From IMG/VR virus record IMGVR_UViG_3300010384_000002: a DNA stretch of 64,000 nucleotides; one strand, given 5' to 3'. Each line of letters begins with the position of its first letter. Within the stretch, counting starts at the first letter, position 1. Shown piece by piece: positions 52,774 to 60,554 of the stretch. Origin of the DNA: a virus. The position numbers and the translations under genes were made by a program. The notes under the pieces are model-generated. The model searched no databases and was not told where the DNA came from. It saw only the letters and a program-made list of their open reading frames with translations.

Positions 52774-53664
52774 TCAAGCCGCGTTCGCCAGCGCCGGCGG
52801 CCGTACCGCGTAGATGCTGCCGGTGGCCGGCTCCACGCACGTCAGGCCGTGCTGCGCGCTCGCGTTCGGGCGGCTGGCCAGGAAGGCACCCGTGTCGATG
52901 AACACGTGGCTGCCGATGCGGCCGACTTCCTGCACGATCGAGTGGCCCACGAACGTGGGCGACAGGCCCTCGTGCTTCGCCTCGTCGACCTTGCCGTCGA
53001 TGAGGTCGCGGCCCCAGGTGACGCACAGCGGCACAGGATGCGCGGTGGTGATGTTCTCCAGCGCGTCGTCCAGGGCCTCGTCAGGGCCGTGGAATTCGGC
53101 GTGGATCACGTTGAACGTGCGCACGAACTCGGTCCATTCGCCTTTCTGCACGGTCTTGCCCACGACGATGGCCAGCGGCAGTTCGGCCACCTCGGCCGCG
53201 ATGTCCAGCAACTCCTCGCGCGTGATCGTGGTGGCCCAGGCGCCGCCCTGCTGAATCCACGCCTGCCAGTTGAAATTCGGCTGGCACGCGGCATCGAGAA
53301 TGTACTGCTCGTGATTGCCGGCCACCGCCTTGAACCACGGCTCACGGATCAGCGCGAGGCACTTGAGCGAGTCAGGTCCGCGGTCGCCCAGGTCTCCCAC
53401 GGAGAACATGCGATCGCGCTCCTTATCGAAGCTGATCTTGTCCAGCAGCTGCATGAACAGGCCATAGCAGCCGTGCAGGTCGCCCACGACGAAATCGCGG
53501 CCCTCGGTATTTTCTTCGTATCGTTTCAACAGGTTCAACGGTTCAGCTCCGATAGGTGCCGCCGGCGGCGTCTCGGCCTCCTGCTTGGCCGCGAACGCGC
53601 GCGGGTCGGACAGGGCAGCGGCGCAGGCCACGGCGATCAGGGATGGTTTCAGGATGCGGTTCAT
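52774..53664 (-). CDS. Ser/Thr protein phosphatase (lambda PPase-like metallophosphoesterase) with Sec signal peptide
   Basis: The real start is MNRILKPSLIAVACAAALSDPRAFA-AK at ATG 53664. Motifs GDLHGC, GDLGDRG and GNHE. The track ORF to 54264 is over-extended. Confidence 0.75.
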   Translation of the reverse strand: MNRILKPSLIAVACAAALSDPRAFAAKQEAETPPAAPIGAEPLNLLKRYEENTEGRDFVVGDLHGCYGLFMQLLDKISFDKERDRMFSVGDLGDRGPDSLKCLALIREPWFKAVAGNHEQYILDAACQPNFNWQAWIQQGGAWATTITREELLDIAAEVAELPLAIVVGKTVQKGEWTEFVRTFNVIHAEFHGPDEALDDALENITTAHPVPLCVTWGRDLIDGKVDEAKHEGLSPTFVGHSIVQEVGRIGSHVFIDTGAFLASRPNASAQHGLTCVEPATGSIYAVRPPALANAA

Positions 53665-53831
53665 TCGGGACACTTCTCGCAAAAGGGGGCGGTAACGGGG
53701 TTCTTGTGGTTGCAGGTAGCGCAGGTCCAGCCGGGCCGCGCCAGCAGCTGGGCGGCCGGGTGAGCCTTGGCCAGCTGCTCGCGCTCGGGCGCCGGCGCGG
53801 CGGCCGGCTCGATGGCATTGATGTCGAGCAT
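53661..53831 (-). CDS. 56-aa RanBP2-type zinc-finger protein (not in ORF track)
   Basis: Hand translation: MLDINAIEPAAAPAPEREQLAKAHPAAQLLARPGWTCATCNHKNPVTAPFCEKCPE. It fits W-x-C-x2-C-x3-N-x6-C-x2-C exactly. ATGA overlaps at both ends, and high GC3. Confidence 0.65.
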   Translation of the reverse strand: MLDINAIEPAAAPAPEREQLAKAHPAAQLLARPGWTCATCNHKNPVTAPFCEKCPE

Positions 53832-54367
53832 CAGGCCGCTTTCGGCTTGCGGCCAATCTCGGCCGCCGGCGGGAATGGCCAGGGCGCGGGCGGCAGCACG
53901 GTGCGCAGCGGCTGCTCGGGCTCGATCGGGACGGCCGGCGTGACCGGGAGCGCGAGCGGCAACCCCTCGGCCACCAGCTGCTCGTCGATGTTGGCCAGCT
54001 GGGCCTGCAGCGCATGCTTGGCCGGCGCGTCGCCGTAGACCGCGACGGCATCGCCCAGGCCAACGGACTGGCGCAGCACAATCGTGTCGGTGGTCGCCTG
54101 CGTGCCGACGGGCATGCGCTCGACAATGCCGCCTGCAGCTGGCTCATCCGGCAGATCGATGAGCGGGCCACCGGCGTCTCGCGCCTCCATCTCGATGCCC
54201 TCGATGCGACAGGCCTGCGTGATGTTGACCAGGGCGCCGTCGTCGGGCACGCACAGCAGTTCAATTTTCACGATGCCCTCGATCAGCTTGCCGGTTTCGG
54301 CGTCGACGACGCGGATGCCGCGCGCATCCGGACCGCCGGTGATGAGGATGCGGCGCAGCGTGGTCAT
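53831..54367 (-). CDS. Hypothetical protein
   Basis: The real start is MTTLRRILITGG at ATG 54367 (ATGA overlap). Confidence 0.55.
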   Translation of the reverse strand: MTTLRRILITGGPDARGIRVVDAETGKLIEGIVKIELLCVPDDGALVNITQACRIEGIEMEARDAGGPLIDLPDEPAAGGIVERMPVGTQATTDTIVLRQSVGLGDAVAVYGDAPAKHALQAQLANIDEQLVAEGLPLALPVTPAVPIEPEQPLRTVLPPAPWPFPPAAEIGRKPKAA

Positions 54368-54912
54368 GCGCCCTCGACCCACAGCGAACCATCCGCATCG
54401 ACGTGCAGCGTTTCGCCGCGATGGAAGTCCAGTGTCTTGCCTTCCCTCGTGGTGATCAGGTAGCGGTCGTTGTTCTCGTGGCTGACCGGGCGGCCGTGGA
54501 ACGCGAACGACCAGGGCATGCCGTCGACCACGTTGCCGCCGTTTGCAATGCCGTAGGCCACGAACTGATCGAACGTGTAGGTGGTTTCCGGGGATGGTGG
54601 CGTCTCGGGCGCGGCGGTCTTCGGCTCGGAACCCGGCACGTCGCCCAGGTACTCGAACGAGGTGGCGAACGAAGATGCCGGGATGAACACGGCTTGGCCC
54701 TTCTCGTGCTGGCCCAGCAGGCCCAGGTAGCCGCCGGCCTGCACACCCTGCGACGACGCCCAGGCGGCCGGCACGGTGAACTGTTCGCCGGTGTCGACGA
54801 TCAGCAGCAGCTGGTCGGCGGGCGCCGTGGAATCCGGCACGGCCGGCGGCATGGCGATGGAAAGGATCTGTGCGGCGAGGAGGCGCTGGGTCGAGCGGTA
54901 AATACGGTGCAT
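54364..54912 (-). CDS. Hypothetical protein (first gene of the leftward operon)
   Basis: 182-aa ORF with an AGGAG SD. A GTCGTGAC motif lies 45 nt upstream. Confidence 0.6.
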   Translation of the reverse strand: MHRIYRSTQRLLAAQILSIAMPPAVPDSTAPADQLLLIVDTGEQFTVPAAWASSQGVQAGGYLGLLGQHEKGQAVFIPASSFATSFEYLGDVPGSEPKTAAPETPPSPETTYTFDQFVAYGIANGGNVVDGMPWSFAFHGRPVSHENNDRYLITTREGKTLDFHRGETLHVDADGSLWVEGA

Positions 54913-54997
54913 GGGGTGTTACTCCTGTTGGTGGTGAAGATCAGGAGCAACTTTGGCGTCACGACTTTTGTTCCGGCCGTTTTTGCGTACGCGGACC

Positions 54998-55020
54998 CGG
55001 AAATTTCCGTGAAATTCCGG
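54998..55020. promoter_or_regulatory. Palindrome CGGAAATTTCCG plus adjacent GAAATTCCGG half-repeat
   Basis: A perfect 12-bp palindrome at 54998-55009 in the divergent control region. Confidence 0.5.
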
Positions 55021-55111
55021 GCATTTTCGGACGTATGAATGGGGTACACCCTAGCTGAACAATACCGGCGAGCGCGGTTTGTTGTACGAATAGGGTTGTT
55101 TTTGAAATTTC

Positions 55112-55140
55112 TTGACAGATGTGCAGCCAACTCTTAGAGT
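55112..55140 (+). promoter_or_regulatory. Consensus-like sigma70 promoter of the rightward cassette
   Basis: TTGACA-N17-TAGAGT, 32 nt upstream of GTG 55172. Confidence 0.7.
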
Positions 55141-55171
55141 CTAACAACACACTTTTTTGAGGGGATTACCC

Positions 55172-55450
55172 GTGACGAACAACACCAATTCTACACTCTA
55201 CGACGTTGCCCAGGTGGGCGAAGATGTCGACCGCATCTGCATCGTGAGCAATGTAACGGGTCGTATCATCGAAAATTCGCCGTTCTTCGATCGCGATGAA
55301 ATTGATGACGCTCGTGCATTCTGCCGCCTCTTGGAAGCCGCCTACAAATACGGCCGCGACGGGAACTATATGGTGGACGAGCACAAGATTGGTCGCCTGA
55401 TCAATGCGGCGATCGTTTCGGGCGCCGCGCGTAAAGGACGTCGGGCATGA
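55172..55450 (+). CDS. Hypothetical protein (first gene of the rightward cassette)
   Basis: GTG 55172 with a GAGGGG SD. The alternative track start is TTG 55157. Confidence 0.55.
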   Translation: MTNNTNSTLYDVAQVGEDVDRICIVSNVTGRIIENSPFFDRDEIDDARAFCRLLEAAYKYGRDGNYMVDEHKIGRLINAAIVSGAARKGRRA

Positions 55451-55917
55451 ACTACCGCGTCCAACCCACCACCTTGCACCACGGGCCCGGCTTCTTCATC
55501 GTGGACGGCGCTACTGATCAACAGGTCCCCGGCACCGGCTTTTACACCTTGGCCGGCGAGCGCGATGCGAGGAATCTGTGCGGGCAGCTGAACGCTGCCT
55601 ATGCAGCTGGCGCGGCAACCGCACCCAAACTGACTGACTCTGCATTGACCGACCTGCGCGCGTTCCTGCGCCTGCGCATCACCACCACACAGATGTACGG
55701 GAAAGACTTCAACCGCTTGGAGCTTGCCCATAACGATGTGTGGGTGCTGCAGGAACTGGTCGAGCGCGTTGCCGCCCGCGAGCAGCAGCTGGTGGCCGCC
55801 GCCCGCGAGGTGATCCGCACCGAACTGTTCTTTCAGGACCACCCGCAGAAGTTCGCCGCACAGAAAGCGCTGCGTGCCGCCCTCGCCCCGTTCGGCGGTA
55901 CCGGGAGCGATGCATGA
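55447..55917 (+). CDS. Hypothetical protein
   Basis: 156-aa ORF with an ATGA overlap. Confidence 0.55.
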   Translation: MNYRVQPTTLHHGPGFFIVDGATDQQVPGTGFYTLAGERDARNLCGQLNAAYAAGAATAPKLTDSALTDLRAFLRLRITTTQMYGKDFNRLELAHNDVWVLQELVERVAAREQQLVAAAREVIRTELFFQDHPQKFAAQKALRAALAPFGGTGSDA

Positions 55918-56411
55918 AGGCTCTGGATACAATGCGCGCCGCGTTCGAGGCGCACTATTTCGCCGGCGGCAACGAGGAAATCGAGCGCAAGGGCGACGGC
56001 TACGCCCTCGTCGGTGCACAGATCGCATGGGATGCATGGCAACAGGCCTATAACGCTGGTGTCAACGCCATGGCTGAATGCGACCAGATCGTGTTCGAGA
56101 ACGCGGCCACGCGCATGCAGCTGCTGGACGATGCATTGACCGCCTACGTTCTATTCGCCGCGACGCGCCGCACGGAGCTGGGCAGCTTGTCGCCGGAAAT
56201 GGAAGTGGTCGACGCGCAAGCCGTAGCCGCGCTGGCCGGCACTGAGCCCCAGGCGCCGGGCATCGTCGCGTGGTTCCGACAGGAGCAACATGGGCAACGG
56301 TTGGCGCGCTGGGTCGAGTGCACACCATTCCAGCCCGGCGCGGTGCGGTTCGCCGCTAAAGCTTTCCCGAGCCTCCGTTCTCTGGCCAAGCCGACCGGGA
56401 GCACTCAATGA
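55914..56411 (+). CDS. Hypothetical protein
   Basis: The real start is MKALDTMRAAFEAHYF at ATG 55914 (ATGA overlap). Confidence 0.55.
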   Translation: MKALDTMRAAFEAHYFAGGNEEIERKGDGYALVGAQIAWDAWQQAYNAGVNAMAECDQIVFENAATRMQLLDDALTAYVLFAATRRTELGSLSPEMEVVDAQAVAALAGTEPQAPGIVAWFRQEQHGQRLARWVECTPFQPGAVRFAAKAFPSLRSLAKPTGSTQ

Positions 56412-56689
56412 GCGCCGGCGCCAAGCGCCCGACGAAGGCGGACCAGTTCGTCGCGGACATGAAGCGCTGCCGTGGCATCGACTTCGCGCGCATCGGCATG
56501 CAGATCGAGGTCGACGGCGACATGGGCACCATCGTCGGGATGAACAGCAGCGCCAACCTTGACGTGCGTTTCGTGAACGAGCTCAAGTACGGCAAGCACA
56601 CGCACAACTGTCACCCGACGTGGGAAACCTGCTACTTCGACGCCGAGGGCAAGGTGATCGCGGACTATCGCACCCGGAGGGCAGCGTGA
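56408..56689 (+). CDS. Hypothetical protein
   Basis: 93-aa ORF. Confidence 0.55.
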   Translation: MSAGAKRPTKADQFVADMKRCRGIDFARIGMQIEVDGDMGTIVGMNSSANLDVRFVNELKYGKHTHNCHPTWETCYFDAEGKVIADYRTRRAA

Positions 56690-57165
56690 GCGCCGTCATC
56701 AGCCCATGCGGCACGTACCGATACATGCTGTCGCGCGCTGGGGATCTGACTGCGACACGCGGCCCCGCCCTGTTCATCATGCTGAACCCGAGCACAGCCG
56801 ATGCATCGCTGGACGATCCGACGATCCGCCGGTGCCGAGGCTTCGCGGAAACGTGGGGCTGCAACGGAATTCAGGTCGTGAACCTGTACGCCATGCGCTC
56901 CACCGATCCGGATGCTTTGTGGAGCCATCCTGACCCGGTCGGTCCGGACAACGACCAGTGGCTGGTCCGCGCGGCAAACGATGCCGAGGAAATCGTGTGC
57001 GCATGGGGCGCCGATGCCAAGCAATCCCGTGTGCTGGAGGTGATGCGCATGCTGACTTTTGGCGGCGCCCGCCTCAAGTGCCTCGGGACCAACAAGAACG
57101 GCTCGCCGCGCCATCCGCTTTACGTGCGTGGCGACCAGCCGCTGATCGATTGGAGCGCGACGTGA
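56686..57165 (+). CDS. DUF1643-like protein
   Basis: GTG 56686 (GTGA overlap). The sequence ISPCGTYRYMLSRA...LFIMLNPSTADASLDDPTIRRCRGFA...VVNLYA matches the DUF1643 pattern. Confidence 0.65.
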   Translation: MSAVISPCGTYRYMLSRAGDLTATRGPALFIMLNPSTADASLDDPTIRRCRGFAETWGCNGIQVVNLYAMRSTDPDALWSHPDPVGPDNDQWLVRAANDAEEIVCAWGADAKQSRVLEVMRMLTFGGARLKCLGTNKNGSPRHPLYVRGDQPLIDWSAT

Positions 57166-57515
57166 ACGAATGGAAGCTCAAGCGCACCGTGCAATGCAAA
57201 AAATGCCCGTGGCGCGCGGATTGCAACCCGCACGAGATCCCAGGCGGCTACTGCGAGACGAAACACCAGAACCTCGCCGGCACGATCGCAAAGGGCGAGG
57301 TGCTGGAGCAGCTGGCCGTCGACGCCGCGTCCGACGTGCGCCACGTGATGACGTGCCATGAGACGGCCGATGCACACTGCGTGGGCTGGCTGGCCAACCA
57401 GCTCGGCCCAGGCAACAACATCATCATGCGCCTGCGGATGCGCAGCTGCACCAACGCCCACAAGCTGCGCCTCGTCGGGGAGCAGCACGAACGATTCGAG
57501 GACACACTGCCATGA
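57162..57515 (+). CDS. DUF6283-like protein
   Basis: GTG 57162 (GTGA overlap). The sequence CKKCPWRADCNPHEIPGGYCETKHQNLAGT...MTCHETADAHCVGWL resembles DUF6283. Confidence 0.55.
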   Translation: MNEWKLKRTVQCKKCPWRADCNPHEIPGGYCETKHQNLAGTIAKGEVLEQLAVDAASDVRHVMTCHETADAHCVGWLANQLGPGNNIIMRLRMRSCTNAHKLRLVGEQHERFEDTLP

Positions 57516-58051
57516 CCACATTGCCGATCCAGACCACCGACGCGGCCCGCGACTTCCTCATCATGTGGATGCGTCGCTACTTCCCGACCGATCGCACGTT
57601 CGGCCCCTACATCACGGAACACCTCGCCGGCGACTTCGCTTTTCAGCTGGCCAACGCGCTGGCGGTGCCAGTCAGCGGAAGCGCCGGCGATGCACTGGAA
57701 GCCGCCGCCCAGCTGGTGATCCAGCGCACCTCCGTTCCGCGTGACCTTCTCGGGCCCGCGACCGCGCAGATGAAGGCGAAGGCCGCCGCCGGTGAGCAGC
57801 TGGCCGCCGCCATCCGCTCCTTGCGGCCCGCTGCCAGCGGGAGCGACGGAACAGCCGCTGCTGGGGCGGCAGATCAGGCGCCCATCGAGATTACTCCAGG
57901 CATGATCCAGGCGGGCATCGAGGCGCTGGCATTGGTGGCGCAAACAGCTCCGAATGCCGATCTTGCCGTGACCACGATTTACCGTGCGATGCACGCGGCC
58001 AGGGCCTCCAGACTTACCGACATTGCCATCCGAGTAAAGGAACACCCATGA
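57512..58051 (+). CDS. Hypothetical protein
   Basis: 179-aa ORF. Confidence 0.55.
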   Translation: MTTLPIQTTDAARDFLIMWMRRYFPTDRTFGPYITEHLAGDFAFQLANALAVPVSGSAGDALEAAAQLVIQRTSVPRDLLGPATAQMKAKAAAGEQLAAAIRSLRPAASGSDGTAAAGAADQAPIEITPGMIQAGIEALALVAQTAPNADLAVTTIYRAMHAARASRLTDIAIRVKEHP

Positions 58052-58227
58052 GCATTCAAGACATCATGCAACACGCAAACGCGCAGCGCACCGAGGCCAA
58101 GGCCCTGCTGGGCCAGATCACCGTCGACCAGGCCGTGGCTGATCGCATCGTTGATTGCATCATCGGCGCGACCGTGCTGGAAGTCACGGCAATGATGCGC
58201 GACGCCATGCGGGATGCCGCCAAATGA
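58048..58227 (+). CDS. 59-aa hypothetical protein (not in ORF track)
   Basis: Hand translation: MSIQDIMQHANAQRTEAKALLGQITVDQAVADRIVDCIIGATVLEVTAMMRDAMRDAAK. ATGA overlaps at both ends. Confidence 0.55.
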   Translation: MSIQDIMQHANAQRTEAKALLGQITVDQAVADRIVDCIIGATVLEVTAMMRDAMRDAAK

Positions 58228-58793
58228 TGGGGCAACGCATCGGCTACGTGCGCGTGAGCACGACCGACCAGAACACCGACCGCCAGCTGGAAAACATCGT
58301 CCTCGATAGGAAGTTCGAGGACAAAGTGTCCGGCAAGGACACCGAGCGGCCGCAGCTGCAGGAAATGCTGGCGTACGCGCGCGAGGGCGACGTGGTTATC
58401 GTGCACAGCATGGACCGGCTGGCGCGCAACGTCGACGACCTGCGCAAGCTGGTCAAGAGCATGAACGCCCGCAAGATCGTGGTCCAGTTCATGAAAGAGG
58501 GCCTGACGTTCACCGGCGACGACTCGCCCATGTCGAACCTGCTGCTGACCATGCTCGGCGCGGTGGCCGAGTTCGAGCGCGCGCTGATCAACGAGCGCCA
58601 GCGCGAGGGCATCGCGATCGCCAAGACGAAGGGCGTCTACAAGGGCCGCAAACCGGCGCTGACGGAGGCCCAGGCGGCCGAGGCGCGCCGGCTGATCGAC
58701 GTCGACAAGGTGTCCAAGGCCGAGGTGGCGCGCCAGCTGGGCGTCAGCCGCTCGACGCTGTACGCGCACCTCAACGCGGCCGGGGAGGCGTGA
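58224..58793 (+). CDS. Serine recombinase (resolvase/invertase family)
   Basis: MMGQRIGYVRVSTTDQNTDRQ...GDVVIVHSMDRLARN...AEFERALINERQREGIA... plus a C-terminal HTH (VARQLGVSRSTLYAHL). Confidence 0.85.
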   Translation: MMGQRIGYVRVSTTDQNTDRQLENIVLDRKFEDKVSGKDTERPQLQEMLAYAREGDVVIVHSMDRLARNVDDLRKLVKSMNARKIVVQFMKEGLTFTGDDSPMSNLLLTMLGAVAEFERALINERQREGIAIAKTKGVYKGRKPALTEAQAAEARRLIDVDKVSKAEVARQLGVSRSTLYAHLNAAGEA

Positions 58794-59167
58794 CCATGCG
58801 CGTCGTTCTCTACGCCCAAGACTTCGAGCCCATCACCATCATCGAGCTGGAGCCGTGGGCCGTCGACTACCTGCGCGAGCATCGAAGCGTGCGCCTGGCG
58901 GTGGAGACGCCCCCGCCCACCAGCCCGTGCAACGGCCTCTCGAACTACATGACATTCGGGCCGGACATGCGGCAGGTGGAAATCAGGGCTGAGACCATCC
59001 GCTTCTACGGCCGCGACGAACACATGATGCTGTTCACCCGTAACGAGGCGTCGGCCATGCTGCTCAAGGCGGCATTCCTGCCCGGCCAGCGTGTGGCGCT
59101 CCAGGCTGCCGAGCGCGACGCCTTCGCGCGCGGATTCCTATCGGCGCTGGGCCGGATCGGGCGATGA
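58790..59167 (+). CDS. Hypothetical protein
   Basis: 125-aa ORF with a GTGA overlap. Confidence 0.5.
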   Translation: MTMRVVLYAQDFEPITIIELEPWAVDYLREHRSVRLAVETPPPTSPCNGLSNYMTFGPDMRQVEIRAETIRFYGRDEHMMLFTRNEASAMLLKAAFLPGQRVALQAAERDAFARGFLSALGRIGR

Positions 59168-59237
59168 ATTCGCGTTCTTCCCCTTGATTTTCACGGGATT
59201 TCCTTTATTATTCCTACAATTTTCATATTAAAAGGGG

Positions 59238-60044
59238 ATGATTTTGAACTACCTCCGCAAGAAGGCCAAGGTGTACGTTGTGGCGAACACCAAAGGCGGC
59301 GCCGGCAAGACCACGACGACCGTCAACCTGTCCATTCCGCGCGCCATGAAAGGCTTGAAAGTTCTCGACGTGAACGGCGACAAACAGCGCACGCTGAACA
59401 TCGCCATGACCAACCGATCCAATGCCGGCGTGACGCCCACACTCTCCTGCGCCCACTATCCGGACGGCCCCGAGCTGCGCAATCAGGTGATGCATCAGGC
59501 GGATATGTATGACGAAATCTGGATCGACTGCGGCGGCGAGGACAGCCCGTCCATGCGAGCAGCGTTCATGCTGGCCGATACGATCGTCATCCCCTTCCAG
59601 CCGCGCAGCTTCGACGTGTGGGCCATGGAGGACGTCTGCAAACTGCTGGTGGAAGTCATGAGCATGCGCGATGCGCCGCGCGTGGTGGCCTTCATCAACC
59701 AGGCCGACCCAGGCGAGGATGCGTCGGACAACCGCGAGGCTGCCGAATACGTCGACGCCTTGAACAAGAACATGGGCCTGAACATCGAACTGCTGCCCAC
59801 GCCTCTGCGCCGCCGCAAGGCGTTCTCGAACGCCAGCGGACTGGGCCTGTCGGTGCTGGAGCCGCTTCCCAAGGACATGAAACGTCCGCTCGACAAAAAG
59901 GCCATCGACGAGCTGAACAACCTGCTGGCGCGCGTGATTGGCGAAGATGCCCGCATTCAGCCAGCTGCCGGCTTGGCCCTGACGGATACGGTGCCGGAAG
60001 ATTACAAGGCCCCTGCCGCTGGCGCCGCCGTGGAGGCGCAATAA
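59238..60044 (+). CDS. parA: ParA/ParF-type partition ATPase
   Basis: Deviant Walker A: VVANTKGGAGKTTTTVNL. The start is ATG 59238 or GTG 59271 (AAGAAGG SD). Confidence 0.8.
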   Translation: MILNYLRKKAKVYVVANTKGGAGKTTTTVNLSIPRAMKGLKVLDVNGDKQRTLNIAMTNRSNAGVTPTLSCAHYPDGPELRNQVMHQADMYDEIWIDCGGEDSPSMRAAFMLADTIVIPFQPRSFDVWAMEDVCKLLVEVMSMRDAPRVVAFINQADPGEDASDNREAAEYVDALNKNMGLNIELLPTPLRRRKAFSNASGLGLSVLEPLPKDMKRPLDKKAIDELNNLLARVIGEDARIQPAAGLALTDTVPEDYKAPAAGAAVEAQ

Positions 60045-60045
60045 C

Positions 60046-60357
60046 ATGGCCATCACCCCACCATCCCCACCGGCGCTCACTGCCGAGGAAAAGGAACGCG
60101 AGAAAAAGGTCAGTGCGTGGATCAATTCAGCGCCCGACGGGCGCGGCACCGGCAAGCCCGAGCCCAAGCGCGTCATGAAGGGCAAGCAGGCGCAGATTTC
60201 CCACGCCCTGCCACCCGCGCTGCTGGACGAGCTCGACAAGTTCGCGGAGCGTAACGACCTCAAGCGCGCGAACGCCATCAACATCGCCATCCGCCAGATG
60301 CTCCGTCAGGGCATCGTGCTGAACCTGCTGCCGGCCGACCAGGGGGACGGATCGTGA
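60046..60357 (+). CDS. Ribbon-helix-helix (ParG/CopG-like) centromere-binding partner
   Basis: 103 aa, directly after parA. C-terminus: QISHALPPALLDELDKFAERNDLKRANAINIAIRQML. Confidence 0.6.
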   Translation: MAITPPSPPALTAEEKEREKKVSAWINSAPDGRGTGKPEPKRVMKGKQAQISHALPPALLDELDKFAERNDLKRANAINIAIRQMLRQGIVLNLLPADQGDGS

Positions 60358-60554
60358 GCGCCGTCGATCTGGTGCGCGCGGCCCAGCTGCTGGAGGAGGC
60401 AAACAAACTTTCGCCCAAGGATCTGGCCGCGCGCGCCACGTTCGTGATCAAAATGCATGGCGCACCGAGCACACCCGAATATGCCGCCGTAATCGAGGCA
60501 GCGCTGCGCTTTATTGCCGTTGTCACGGGCGAACGTCCCCAGGTGCTGCCATGA
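60354..60554 (+). CDS. Hypothetical protein
   Basis: 66-aa ORF with a GTGA overlap. Confidence 0.45.
   Translation: MSAVDLVRAAQLLEEANKLSPKDLAARATFVIKMHGAPSTPEYAAVIEAALRFIAVVTGERPQVLP

Noticed and set aside
52774-54264. A 496-aa ORF suggesting a large phosphatase with a long N-terminal domain.
   Set aside because: The first ~200 residues are Arg/Pro/Ser/Ala junk in the alternate frame of two real genes (53661-53831 and 53831-54367). The phosphatase begins at ATG 53664 with a signal peptide. The same reasoning trims 6517..7725, 9481..10548, 15617..16252, 16165..16938, 20800..21687, 32298..33626, 42892..43419 and 45999..47087.
58224-58793. The serine recombinase acting as a Gin/Cin-type invertase that switches tail fibre genes.
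   Set aside because: It lies about 57 kb from the fibre gene. I saw no inverted crossover repeats flanking any fibre segment. It sits next to parA and an RHH gene, which fits a plasmid-type resolvase better.
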